Source: an uncultured Clostridia bacterium (GTDB lineage: Bacteria; Bacillota; Clostridia; Christensenellales; UBA3700). Taken from it: 64,000 bases of DNA. A program made the translations under genes and the position numbers. This document shows, one piece after another, positions 36,301 through 44,592 of the stretch. The notes beneath the pieces were generated by a model. It did no database searches. It had not been told where the DNA came from and saw nothing but the letters and a program-made list of their open reading frames with translations. The stretch lies in NCBI GenBank assembly GCA_944380395.1, contig CALWHM010000002.1:1526-65525 (forward strand), in the 5' to 3' direction. Within the stretch, counting starts at the first letter, position 1; each line of letters opens with the position of its first letter.

Positions 36301-37381
36301 GCCACTTGGGGAATTTGACGACTATGTAGTCTATGGAAGGTTCAAAGCAGGCATACGTCTTGCCCGTGACTTTGTTGAGTATTTCGTCCAGCGTATAGCC
36401 TATCGCTATTTTGGTAGCCACCCTGGCAATGGGATAACCCGTGGCTTTACTTGCCAACGCGGAAGAACGGCTGACGCGGGGATTTACCTCTATGACCGCA
36501 TACTCGAAGGAGTCGGGCTTTAAGGCGAACTGCACGTTGCAGCCGCCGTTCACGCGCAGCTTGTTGACTATGCGCAGCGCCGCGGTGCGCAGCATTTCGT
36601 ACTCCTTGTCCGCCAGCGTTACGGCGGGAGCCGCGACTATACTGTCGCCGGTGTGCACGCCCACGGGGTCGAAGTTTTCCATCGAGCATATGGCTATGGC
36701 GTTGCCCTTGGAGTCGCGCATCACCTCAAACTCTATCTCCTTCCAGCCGCTTATGCACTTTTCCACGAGTATCTGATGTATGGGCGAAACGCGCAGACCG
36801 CCGGAAGCTATCTCTATGAACTGAGCTTCGTCGTCCGCTATGCCGCCGCCGCTGCCGCCCAGCGTGAATGCGGGGCGCACTATCACGGGATAGCCTATCC
36901 TTCTTGCCACGGCAATGGCGGTGTCTATATCCTCGGCGATGTCGGAGGGAATGACCGGCTCGTTTATCTCCGCAAGCGTTTCCTTAAAACGTTCCCTGTC
37001 CTCCGCCCTGTCTATGGTCTCGGGATCCGCGCCCAGCAGTGTGACGTTCATCTTGTCCAAAAAGCCTTCCTTGGCAAGCTGCATTGAAAGCGTAAGACCC
37101 GTCTGTCCTCCCAGCGTGGACAAAAGGCTGTCGGGACGCTCTTTTTCTATAACTCTTTTGACGGTGGTAAGCGTGAGCGGCTCTATATATATCCTGTCCG
37201 CCACGGCGTTATCCGTCATAATGGTGGCGGGGTTGGAGTTGACAAGCACCACTTCCAAGCCGTCCTCTTTAAGCGCGCGGCACGCCTGCGTTCCCGCATA
37301 GTCGAATTCCGCTGCCTGACCTATCACGATAGGACCGGAGCCTATCACCATTACTTTATGCAAATTCTTGTTGAGCGGCAT
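33332..37381 (-). CDS. carB: Carbamoyl-phosphate synthase large subunit fused in frame to diaminopimelate epimerase
   Basis: 1349-aa uninterrupted ORF. Residues 1 to ~1070 are canonical CarB: two ATP-grasp halves plus an MGS-like domain ending ...LVDINKLRTG. Residues ~1075-1349 are a complete DapF. Confidence 0.9.
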   Translation of the reverse strand: MPLNKNLHKVMVIGSGPIVIGQAAEFDYAGTQACRALKEDGLEVVLVNSNPATIMTDNAVADRIYIEPLTLTTVKRVIEKERPDSLLSTLGGQTGLTLSMQLAKEGFLDKMNVTLLGADPETIDRAEDRERFKETLAEINEPVIPSDIAEDIDTAIAVARRIGYPVIVRPAFTLGGSGGGIADDEAQFIEIASGGLRVSPIHQILVEKCISGWKEIEFEVMRDSKGNAIAICSMENFDPVGVHTGDSIVAAPAVTLADKEYEMLRTAALRIVNKLRVNGGCNVQFALKPDSFEYAVIEVNPRVSRSSALASKATGYPIARVATKIAIGYTLDEILNKVTGKTYACFEPSIDYIVVKFPKWPFDKFYYANRKLGTQMKATGEVMAIGTTFEQAIMKAVRGAEISKDSLTDKKYASWTDAQVWDKLHDCDDERIFVIYEALKRGVEISAINMITKIDPWFIAKLKNLTEMDKELASKPLTDELYLRAKKMGYLDSTIENISGEKVKNPRYASYKMVDTCAAEFAAQTPYFYSTYDDENEAREFIDNLKSKKKKVIVFGSGPIRIGQGIEFDYASVHCVWALKARGYEVVIVNNNPETVSTDFDTADRLYFEPLSNEDVLSIINTEKPDGVVVAFGGQTAIKLTKMLRKKNIPILGTQAEYIDMAEDRERFDELLEELEIKRPRGYTVMTKEEAIKVAGEIGYPALLRPSYVLGGQNMEICYSEADVSQYMDVILAQKIENPVLVDKYLMGTEIEVDAICDGEDILIPGVMEHIERTGIHSGDSIAVYPSWNISDEMIERIVDCSRRLALSLHTVGLVNIQYLIYHGELYVIEVNPRSSRTVPYISKVTGIPMVDLATRAILGEKLKDMGFGTGLYRNSPYVAVKVPVFSFEKLSNVDTQLGPEMKSTGEVLGIASTLEEALFKGLVAAGYKMRKKGGVFITVRDQDKGEIAEIAQKFDDLGYTIYATEGTANVLKKAGMNDVIVVAKIHQNQFDNNLTLIESGKVNYIISTSAKGKLPTRDSVKIRRKAIERAIPCLTSIDTAEAVVNSLMSRYSEYNTELVDINKLRTGREKREFVKMQGCGNDYIYFDCTNGNDLDNPEGLAVRLSERHFGIGGDGVILICDSSVADAKMRMFNLDGSEGKMCGNGIRCVAKYLYDTHKVNKKEFTVETLSGIKNVKVITRAGEVIQVRVDMGKAEFAPAAVPVKLDGKNVIDRTVTVDGREYNVTCLSMGNPHCVVFLPAVDNLDIAKIGPAFEESELFPEGVNVEFVKVLDDHTLKMRVWERGSGETYACGTGACATAVAACLNGYCKKGEDITVRLLGGDLIVNYTDAAVYMTGDAVKVFEGTVEI
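33335..34165 (-). other. dapF: DapF (diaminopimelate epimerase) domain of the carB ORF
   Basis: FVKMQGCGNDYIYF N-terminal signature. Both catalytic Cys motifs are present (MCGNGIRC and YACGTGACA), plus GNPHCVVF. An in-frame ATG at 34153 could allow separate translation. Confidence 0.8.
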
Positions 37382-38461
37382 TTACTTTACCTCCATCATA
37401 TTTATAAATCTGTCGAATAAGAAGCGGGTATCCAGCGGACCTGCGCACGCTTCGGGGTGGAACTGCACGGAAAACGCGTTCGCCTTGGTGTAATTCACGC
37501 CCTCGCAGGTGCCGTCGTTCACGTTGACAAAGCTCACGTAGCCCTTGTCCGCGGGAAGGGTGGCTCCGTCCACGGCGTAACCGTGGTTTTGGGAAGTGAC
37601 GTATATCCTGCCCGTATCCGTCTCCTTGGCGGGCTGATTGCCGCCACGGTGTCCGTACTTGAGCTTCATCGTCTTTGCGCCCTGCGAAAGCGCCATAAGC
37701 TGATGCCCCAGGCATATGCCGAACACGGGCAAGCCGCCGTCCATAAGTTTGCGCACCTGCTCTATTTCGTACACGTTCTCCGCGGGATCGCCGGGGCCGT
37801 TTGTGAGCATTATGCCGTCGTATTCACCGCCGAGTATCTCTTCTGCGGGGGTGGAGCAAGGGAACACGGTGACTTCGCAGCCGCGCCCGGTAAGTTCGCG
37901 CTCGATGTTCGACTTGCTGCCGTAGTCCACAAGCGCCACGGAATACTTCTTCTCTCCGTGTGCGGGGATAATACTCTTTTTCTTGCAGGAAGTCGCCTGC
38001 ACGGCGCCCTTTACGGCGTACTCTTTCAGCGCCTTCTTCTGCGCGCGTGTGAGTTCGGGAGAAGAGGTGATGATACCGTTCATAACGCCCCTTTCACGCA
38101 CTATCTTGGTGAGGTGGCGGGTATCTATCCCCTGTATGCCGATTATTCCGTGCTCCTTCAAAAAGTCGCCCAATCTGCCCTTGCAGCGGAAGTTGGAGGG
38201 ATATTCGCACAAATCGCGCACTATGTAGCCTTTAAGCCTTATACCGTCGCTTTCAAAGTCCTCGGGGATAACGCCCACATTGCCGATGAGGGGAAATGTC
38301 TGCACCACTATCTGCCCGTAGTAGCTGGGGTCTGTGATGGTTTCCAGGTAGCCCGTCATTGCGGTGGTAAACACCACTTCGCCCACGGCTTCTCCCTGCG
38401 CGCCCATCGAAGTGCCTTCGAAAACGTCGCCGCTTTCCAAAATCAGATAAACCTTGTCCAT
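37382..38461 (-). CDS. carA: Carbamoyl-phosphate synthase small (glutaminase) subunit
   Basis: 359 aa. Class I amidotransferase motif GICLGHQL and the HRGGNQP/NHG region. The stop TAA abuts the carB ATG (TAAATG). Confidence 0.95.
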   Translation of the reverse strand: MDKVYLILESGDVFEGTSMGAQGEAVGEVVFTTAMTGYLETITDPSYYGQIVVQTFPLIGNVGVIPEDFESDGIRLKGYIVRDLCEYPSNFRCKGRLGDFLKEHGIIGIQGIDTRHLTKIVRERGVMNGIITSSPELTRAQKKALKEYAVKGAVQATSCKKKSIIPAHGEKKYSVALVDYGSKSNIERELTGRGCEVTVFPCSTPAEEILGGEYDGIMLTNGPGDPAENVYEIEQVRKLMDGGLPVFGICLGHQLMALSQGAKTMKLKYGHRGGNQPAKETDTGRIYVTSQNHGYAVDGATLPADKGYVSFVNVNDGTCEGVNYTKANAFSVQFHPEACAGPLDTRFLFDRFINMMEVK

Positions 38462-38552
38462 AAGCCCGTCCTTATTCGTTTATTTCTTCTGCTAAGAAGT
38501 TTGTTTACTTTTGTTTCCGCCGCCCTTCGATACGGACGCAATGTCCCGCGTT

Positions 38553-38583
38553 GTAAAAAACCTTGGCGGAAAAGCCAAGGTTT
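38553..38583 (-). promoter_or_regulatory. Intrinsic-terminator-like hairpin inside the carA 5' leader (candidate attenuator)
   Basis: The minus strand reads AACCTTGGC-TTTTCC-GCCAAGGTT followed by TTTTTT, about 95 nt upstream of the carA ATG. An additional 8-bp hairpin, GTTCCGAA-GTATAT-TTCGGAAC, lies at ~38629-38650. Confidence 0.5.
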
Positions 38584-38724
38584 AATAATTGCGACTGCCG
38601 GCAGATATTTTGAGAAAAAGACCGCAAAGTTCCGAATATACTTCGGAACGGGTGAAGAGCTTGGCGGTTGCTGTTTGCTGCAAAATCTTCCTTCTCACGG
38701 CGTTTCCCTCGCGGTATTTTATAT

Positions 38725-38753
38725 AGTATAGCACAACGAATCCGATTCTTCAA
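38725..38753 (-). promoter_or_regulatory. Putative carA promoter
   Basis: The minus strand reads TTGAAG (38748-38753), 17-nt spacer, TGcTATACT (-10 at 38725-38730). This predicts a leader of about 255 nt. Confidence 0.45.
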
Positions 38754-38820
38754 TTATTTTGAGCTTTTCAAACGGATTTTTTTTCGCGTAAATAATTTTG
38801 TGCGCAAAGGCGCAATTTTC

Positions 38821-38849
38821 TTTACTTTTTCACGCAAAAATTTTATACT
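38821..38849 (+). promoter_or_regulatory. Putative glnN promoter
   Basis: TTTACT (38821-38826), 17-nt spacer, TATACT (38844-38849). AAAGGAG Shine-Dalgarno 8 nt before the ATG at 38892. Confidence 0.35.
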
Positions 38850-38891
38850 GATTCTGTATTTATTTTTTTGCGCGCACAAAGGAGATAGGCT

Positions 38892-40988
38892 ATGATGGAT
38901 ATGAACGAAATTTTCGGAACGCTGGTTTTCAACGACGCGGTCATGCAAGAGCGTCTGCCCAACGCCACTTATAAGGAGTTGAACAAATGCATCAAAGAAG
39001 ATCGCTCCCTCACCTTGGAAGTTGCCAACGTGGTGGCTAACGCTATGAAGGATTGGGCGATAGAAAAGGGCTGCACCCACTTTACGCATTGGTTCCAGCC
39101 TATGACGGGCGTCACGGCGGAAAAGCACGACTCGTTCATCTCCCGCGCGAAAAACGGCAAGGTGATAATGGAGTTTTCCGGCGCGGAACTCATAAAGGGC
39201 GAACCGGACGCCTCCTCCTTCCCTTCCGGCGGACTGCGCGCCACGTTCGAAGCGCGCGGCTACACGGCGTGGGACCCCACCTCTTATGCGTTTATAAAGG
39301 ACGGCACGCTGTGCATTCCCACCGCGTTCTGCTCCTACGGCGGTCAGGCGCTGGACAAAAAAACGCCTCTGCTGCGTTCAATGGCTGCGATAAACCGCCA
39401 GGCGCTGCGCATTCTCCGCTTTTTCGGCAAGGACGCGGAACACGTGGACACCACCGTGGGACCCGAGCAGGAATATTTCCTTATAGACAGAAAGGTATAC
39501 GAAAAGCGCAAGGACCTGGTGTATACGGGCAGGACCATTCTGGGCGCCCCCGCACCCAAGGGTCAGGAGCTTGAAGACCACTATTTCGGCGCGATCAAAA
39601 CGCGCGTCAGCGAATTTATGAAGGATCTGGACCGCGAGCTGTGGAAGCTGGGCATACTGTCCAAGACCAAACATAACGAAGTGGCTCCCGCTCAGCACGA
39701 ACTTGCACCCATATTCACTTCTACGAACATCGCCACCGACCACAATCAGCTGACGATGGAAACTATGAAGAAAGTGGCTGCGCGCCACGGTATGGCGTGC
39801 CTGCTGCACGAAAAGCCGTTTGCCGGCGTGAACGGAAGCGGCAAGCATAACAATTGGTCTATGAGCACGGACAAGGGCGAAAATCTGCTGGATCCCGGCA
39901 GCACTCCGGAGGACAACGCGCAGTTTCTGCTCTTCCTCTCCGCCGTTATAAAGGCGGTGGACGAATATCAGGACCTGCTCCGCCTTTCCGTGGCAAGCGC
40001 GGGCAACGACCACAGGCTGGGCGCGAACGAAGCGCCGCCCGCCATCGTGTCTATGTATTTGGGCGAAGAGCTGGACGGCATTTTAAGCGCGATAGCGGAA
40101 GACAGACCTTACTCCAAACGCGCCAAGTGCGAAGTGGAAGTGGGCGTCAAAGTGCTCCCGCACTTCCCCAAGGATTCCACAGACCGCAACCGCACTTCCC
40201 CGCTTGCGTTCACGGGCAATAAGTTCGAGTTCCGTATGCTCGGCTCCACCTTCTCCATAGCCGGTCCCAACATCGTGCTCAACACGATAGTGGCGGATTC
40301 GCTGGACAAGTTCGCAGACAGGCTGGACGCCGCCAAGGGCGATATTATGGACGAAGTGACCGCCATAATAAAGGATACCTTCCTCAAACACCGCCGCATA
40401 ATCTTCAACGGCAACAACTATTCCGACGAATGGGTGAAAGAAGCGGAACGCCGCGGACTGCTCAACCTGCGCACCACCCCCGAAGCCATGCCGCTGTTCA
40501 AGTCGCGCAAGAATATAGACCTGTTCGTGCGCCACGGCGTGTTCACGGAAGAAGAAGTTATCACCCGTACGGAAATTTTCCTGGATAATTACTGCAAAGT
40601 CCTGCATATAGAGTCGCTCACAATGCAGGAAATGCTCATACGCGATATTATCCCCGCCGTGAATAAGTATATTAACGACCTTTCACGCTGCATAATCCAT
40701 TCCGTGGAAGCCTGCCCCGCCGCAAATATGACCGCTCAGGCAGATATGGTAAACAAGCTGTCTTCCCTCATCGCGGAAGCATATAAGCAGGTGGGCAATC
40801 TGAAAGCCGCCACGGAAAAGACGGAGAAAATAGCCGACGTGGAGAAAAAGTCAATGACTTATAAGGATAAGGTCCTGCCCGTTATGACCAAGATCCGCGC
40901 CTGCGCGGACAGTATGGAGCAGCTCACCTCCGCCGAATACTGGCCTATGCCCACTTACGGCGAAATCCTCTTCTCCGTCAACGAGTAG
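38892..40988 (+). CDS. glnN: Glutamine synthetase type III
   Basis: 698 aa. N-terminal region [17 protein letters not shown] and the core [14 protein letters not shown] / [10 protein letters not shown] are typical of GSIII. Confidence 0.9.
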   Translation: MMDMNEIFGTLVFNDAVMQERLPNATYKELNKCIKEDRSLTLEVANVVANAMKDWAIEKGCTHFTHWFQPMTGVTAEKHDSFISRAKNGKVIMEFSGAELIKGEPDASSFPSGGLRATFEARGYTAWDPTSYAFIKDGTLCIPTAFCSYGGQALDKKTPLLRSMAAINRQALRILRFFGKDAEHVDTTVGPEQEYFLIDRKVYEKRKDLVYTGRTILGAPAPKGQELEDHYFGAIKTRVSEFMKDLDRELWKLGILSKTKHNEVAPAQHELAPIFTSTNIATDHNQLTMETMKKVAARHGMACLLHEKPFAGVNGSGKHNNWSMSTDKGENLLDPGSTPEDNAQFLLFLSAVIKAVDEYQDLLRLSVASAGNDHRLGANEAPPAIVSMYLGEELDGILSAIAEDRPYSKRAKCEVEVGVKVLPHFPKDSTDRNRTSPLAFTGNKFEFRMLGSTFSIAGPNIVLNTIVADSLDKFADRLDAAKGDIMDEVTAIIKDTFLKHRRIIFNGNNYSDEWVKEAERRGLLNLRTTPEAMPLFKSRKNIDLFVRHGVFTEEEVITRTEIFLDNYCKVLHIESLTMQEMLIRDIIPAVNKYINDLSRCIIHSVEACPAANMTAQADMVNKLSSLIAEAYKQVGNLKAATEKTEKIADVEKKSMTYKDKVLPVMTKIRACADSMEQLTSAEYWPMPTYGEILFSVNE

Positions 40989-40992
40989 CAGC

Positions 40993-41064
40993 GCGTGGCG
41001 GCAGCGAGCCGGGAGCGTGTGACGACAGCGAGCCGGGAGCGCGTGGCGGCAGCGAGCCGCTGCA
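40993..41064. repeat. 3 x 24-bp GC-rich tandem repeat directly after the glnN stop codon
   Basis: Units are GCGTGGCGGCAGCGAGCCGGGAGC (40993-41016), GTGTGACGACAGCGAGCCGGGAGC (41017-41040) and GCGTGGCGGCAGCGAGCCGCTGCA (41041-41064). Confidence 0.8.
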
Positions 41065-41141
41065 CCCTTAACCGCCTTGAAGCGGCTTTGCAAAACGGCG
41101 CAAAACAACTCCCTGCAAAAGTTTTTCTGTTATTAAAAATT

Positions 41142-41176
41142 ATGCCTTGAAGACGGTCTTCAAGGCATATTTGATT
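41142..41176 (+). terminator. Terminator-like palindrome downstream of glnN
   Basis: Perfect 13-nt arms ATGCCTTGAAGAC (41142-41154) / GTCTTCAAGGCAT (41156-41168), followed by a T-rich ATTTGATT. An A-run precedes it, serving the opposite strand. Confidence 0.55.
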
Positions 41177-41268
41177 AGATTATTTGCGCCTGTACACAAC
41201 TGTCACATATCTTTATGGACAGTGTCTGGCGAATATTATAGAGGAGAAATTGGTCCGCTTCTCTCCAC

Positions 41269-42198
41269 TCAGTAACCTGCGTCATAATCCACGTTGGCGA
41301 CCTGTCCTCCGTCACAGAAAACGGAAAGCTTTTCAGCTATATCCTCAACGGCGACGTTTTCGGCTTCAGAAGCGTGTATTGCGCAATGAGGTGACATCAC
41401 GACGTTTTTGAATTTCCAGAAAGGATATTTTGAAACGCTCCTTGCCGCCTCTTTTTCAGATCTTCCCTGCGCCACCGACCAGACGTCCGAAGCGAAGCCG
41501 GCAAGACTCCCTCTCTCAAGCAGCCCAAATATCTTTTCTTCTTTGAGCGTCTCCGCCCTACCGACGTTTATTATGAATTTGCCGCTCAACAGAGAATAAT
41601 CATCATCAGACAACAGTTTTATGCTGTCGTCTGTTTTTGGCAGCGCGAACAACAAAACGTCGCTCTCCGTCAAAAGCGCATGCACTGACTTCTTCTTTAC
41701 GCCCTGAGGTACTTTTTTCCCTCTATCTGGGACCAGGACAACGCAACCGAAGGACGTAAGCAATTTTGCGTATTCTCTGCCAACAGCTCCGAATCCGATT
41801 ATCCCGACAGTCTTGTTTCTCAAAGCGCTCCAGCTTGATCTTCCTGCGTTCCAATTCCCCTCCAGAAGATCGCCATGAAGTTCAATTACCCTGTGAAGAA
41901 GCGCCAAGGTCAACGCAAACGCATGCTCCGCAACATAAGGCGCGCAAGCATGAGAGACCGTGAGAGCAATTCCGCGGTCTCTCATCTCGACAAGAGGGAA
42001 TTTGTCCGCACCCGCCTTTGGAGCGAAAACTGCCTTCAGATGCCTCATGGCATTCAGCTTTTCGCTGTCGAGCGAAGTGCCAACATACGCCTCGCACTCC
42101 GTCTCACATTCGCAGAAGACATTGCCCTTTTCTTCAAGAGATTTTTTTATTGTTTCGGGAAAACGCGCCACATATTTTTTTTCAATGAATATTTTCAA
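41269..42198 (-). CDS. D-isomer-specific 2-hydroxyacid dehydrogenase family protein
   Basis: 309 aa. NAD-binding motif GIIGFGAVGREYAKLL and the C-terminal SPHCA catalytic His region. Confidence 0.75.
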   Translation of the reverse strand: MKIFIEKKYVARFPETIKKSLEEKGNVFCECETECEAYVGTSLDSEKLNAMRHLKAVFAPKAGADKFPLVEMRDRGIALTVSHACAPYVAEHAFALTLALLHRVIELHGDLLEGNWNAGRSSWSALRNKTVGIIGFGAVGREYAKLLTSFGCVVLVPDRGKKVPQGVKKKSVHALLTESDVLLFALPKTDDSIKLLSDDDYSLLSGKFIINVGRAETLKEEKIFGLLERGSLAGFASDVWSVAQGRSEKEAARSVSKYPFWKFKNVVMSPHCAIHASEAENVAVEDIAEKLSVFCDGGQVANVDYDAGY

Positions 42199-42210
42199 TA
42201 CAGACCCCCA

Positions 42211-43332
42211 TCATTTTACGATTTTTCTGACCACAACACCCGTTATGATCGTAAGAAGGAATATTCCCAGTATTGATTCCGCATATGCGGCATAAAGCAT
42301 CGCAGACGGCAAATCTCCGTAAACCACGTCCAAATTGAAGAAATACTTTAGAGAGTTCATAAAAGAGTCAACAATTACGCCCTTGACCGTATCCGTGTCG
42401 GATAATGCGATGTATATGCTTGAAAATGCAAATATCGAAACGAGCATTGAAATTAAGTTGTTTGTTATGCGTATTCCCCAACCAAAACACTTCCCGATCG
42501 TAAAGTATGCTACAGCATACAGCATTTTCACCAGCCATATCAGCGGCTTCGCTATTGTCCCGAATTTATTGAGTTTCTTCCCCGTCTGTTTGATCCTGAG
42601 ATACATATTGACGTCTCTCAATATGTACAGACACTGATCACTTTCGCTGAACATATTACGTTCGATATATGAAGAATACAGCGCAAGCACAAGCATTGAC
42701 AGCCTTTTCAATCCGGCAACACCTTCTTTCTTTTCCAGACGATACCTTTTCCACAATTCTTTAAATCTCACAGTCTGAATCTGAAGTTTTTGAATAATAG
42801 CACCGCTTTTTATATCGAATTCCGGCATATTGTCAGAGACCAAAGTGTCTATTTTCGACATTCCGACTGCAATTTTGTCCACGCCAGCGCCGTAGTCGAA
42901 TTTGATTTCGCCTATTTCCGACATGCTTATTATTTCAACAAGTTTCAAAATACTATTAAATACGTCGATCCTTCCGCACCGGGAATCGAGGATTCTGACG
43001 TTTTTTACTTCCTTGCTCTTGTTAAAAATAACATTGTCCACTGCACATCTCTCGAAAACTAGCGCGTCCACTCCGCTGTTGTAATATTCGAAATTGCCTA
43101 TCTTGCAATTGATGAAATGTACGTTCCTGCCGAGAACTTTTTTGAGAGAAAGCTTCCTGAACTCACAATTGTCAAACACAAGCTTTTCCTGATCTCCCGA
43201 AAGAATAATGTCCTGTATGCAGAGAGGGTCTTCAAAGACGAGATCTTTATACTCGCCCGAGATCGCTTCCCTGACCACTTTTTCGCCTAAATTAGACGAC
43301 TTTTTAATCCCCAGAGAATTTAAATCTTCCAT
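42211..43332 (-). CDS. Membrane protein: N-terminal pentapeptide-repeat-like beta-helix plus a C-terminal 2-TM ion-channel-like pore module
   Basis: 373 aa from low-GC DNA. The N-terminal ~170 aa are a repetitive pattern (FDNCEFRKLSL..., FINCKIGNFEY, FERCAVDNVIF, ILDSRCGRIDVF). The C-terminus has hydrophobic helices flanking SLKYFFNLDVVYGDLP, which resembles a degenerate K+-channel pore/filter (TxGYGD). Confidence 0.45.
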   Translation of the reverse strand: MEDLNSLGIKKSSNLGEKVVREAISGEYKDLVFEDPLCIQDIILSGDQEKLVFDNCEFRKLSLKKVLGRNVHFINCKIGNFEYYNSGVDALVFERCAVDNVIFNKSKEVKNVRILDSRCGRIDVFNSILKLVEIISMSEIGEIKFDYGAGVDKIAVGMSKIDTLVSDNMPEFDIKSGAIIQKLQIQTVRFKELWKRYRLEKKEGVAGLKRLSMLVLALYSSYIERNMFSESDQCLYILRDVNMYLRIKQTGKKLNKFGTIAKPLIWLVKMLYAVAYFTIGKCFGWGIRITNNLISMLVSIFAFSSIYIALSDTDTVKGVIVDSFMNSLKYFFNLDVVYGDLPSAMLYAAYAESILGIFLLTIITGVVVRKIVK

Positions 43333-43333
43333 A

Positions 43334-43972
43334 TTAGCCTTTTCCCTCTATATAGTCCAGCAACACGGAGTAACCGTCTCCTTCGCCGTCTGTTTTACCT
43401 TCGCTCACAAATCGTATAATCTCTTTCATAGACTTGTCGGAATCGGAATTGCATATCACCAGTCCGTAAGGCTTCTTCCCGTTTTCAAGCGCGGACGCTA
43501 TGTCCGCAAACTCCTCCTTTGCGGCAGAATATCGTGCCTTTCGCTGATCTTCCAGTTTTTCTCTGGAATTCAATCTTTGCCTTATCTGTTCAAGCGGCGA
43601 CCATATCAGAATATGACAAAATGGTATGCAATTTTCCAGCAAAAATTTTTCCAACACGTAATAATTCTCTAGTTTCCCTACGTGGATGACTGGGCATTTT
43701 CCGTGTGATAAGTAATACTTCAATCTCTTGCCATCTATGCCGTAAAACCTGCCGTACCGCCTGTGATACTGAATGAAATCACCCCTCCGTGCTTTTTTCA
43801 TGAACCTATCTAAAGTTATGTTGGAATACCCTGGTTTGCGTTCTGTTTCGTCCGGTATACCTCTGTGTTTCTTGAACATGATAAACGAGGGGTCTGCGTC
43901 GCAAAGCAGTCTCGTGATGGTATCTTTTCCGCTCGCCGGGGGACCGGAAAGCAAAATCACTTTTGAATCCAT
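43334..43972 (-). CDS. P-loop kinase, guanylate-kinase/PhnN-like
   Basis: 212 aa. Walker A LSGPPASGKDT. A GK-like substrate segment (KPGYSNITLDRFMKKARRGDFIQYHRRYGRFYGI). Abuts the downstream gene. Confidence 0.55.
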   Translation of the reverse strand: MDSKVILLSGPPASGKDTITRLLCDADPSFIMFKKHRGIPDETERKPGYSNITLDRFMKKARRGDFIQYHRRYGRFYGIDGKRLKYYLSHGKCPVIHVGKLENYYVLEKFLLENCIPFCHILIWSPLEQIRQRLNSREKLEDQRKARYSAAKEEFADIASALENGKKPYGLVICNSDSDKSMKEIIRFVSEGKTDGEGDGYSVLLDYIEGKG

Positions 43973-44559
43973 TTTATCAACTTGTCAACCTCCTCGTTCA
44001 AATTTCTGTCCACTTCGTTGTAAAAAATATATGCGCAGAAAGCGTTGTCTGGAGCTATATCTGCAATCAATGAACTATATTCATACCAGTTTGCAAGCTT
44101 ATAGCGATCCCTGGAAGCGTTGCGCCTTGAGACTCTGGCATATTCCAGATTTTCATCGTGATTAATCCATACGAATTTGACGACAACACCAATTCTGTCA
44201 AGATACGGCTTGTTTATCATTTCCGAAAACTTATTGAAATCCTGCACTACAGCAATCATTGGGATAGTCAACACAACGCTGTTGCCGAGTTCCAGGTTTT
44301 CACGACAAAGCTTCAACGTCACGTCATATTCAATTGGTCTGATCTTTTCGCAGTAAAATTCTGATTCTCTGTCACCTTCGTTGGATCCGCTAGCGCAAAG
44401 AATGAAATCGGTGTATTGTCTCGTCACCGTGTCCTTATCAATATAAGTCCATTTCATCTTTTCCGAAACAGCCTTTCCAACAGTCGTTTTTCCCGCTCCA
44501 GCGCATCCTGCAATGATAACAAACGTTGTTCTCTCTGCTTTTTTTAATCTTCCGAGCAT
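43957..44559 (-). CDS. P-loop NTPase/kinase (AAA_33 / zeta-toxin-like fold)
   Basis: 200 aa. Walker A AGCAGAGKTT followed by the YIDKD motif. GGGGGAGG Shine-Dalgarno. Overlaps the downstream kinase gene by 16 nt. Confidence 0.5.
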   Translation of the reverse strand: MLGRLKKAERTTFVIIAGCAGAGKTTVGKAVSEKMKWTYIDKDTVTRQYTDFILCASGSNEGDRESEFYCEKIRPIEYDVTLKLCRENLELGNSVVLTIPMIAVVQDFNKFSEMINKPYLDRIGVVVKFVWINHDENLEYARVSRRNASRDRYKLANWYEYSSLIADIAPDNAFCAYIFYNEVDRNLNEEVDKLIKWIQK

Positions 44560-44592
44560 AAAATAACCTCCCCCGTATTATTGAATATTATA

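Noticed and set aside
38505-38753. 82-aa ORF (minus strand) within the carA leader as a possible leader peptide or small protein.
   Set aside because: It has no Shine-Dalgarno and begins upstream of the predicted transcription start. It spans the hairpins that are better explained as RNA structure. A short regulatory leader peptide cannot be excluded, but this ORF is not supported.
40993-41064. Possible CRISPR array or coding repeat (track ORF 40851..41108 on the minus strand).
   Set aside because: There are only three directly abutting 24-bp units with no spacers, so it is not a CRISPR architecture. The antisense ORF has no Shine-Dalgarno and overlaps the 3' end of glnN. It is kept only as a minor tandem-repeat observation.
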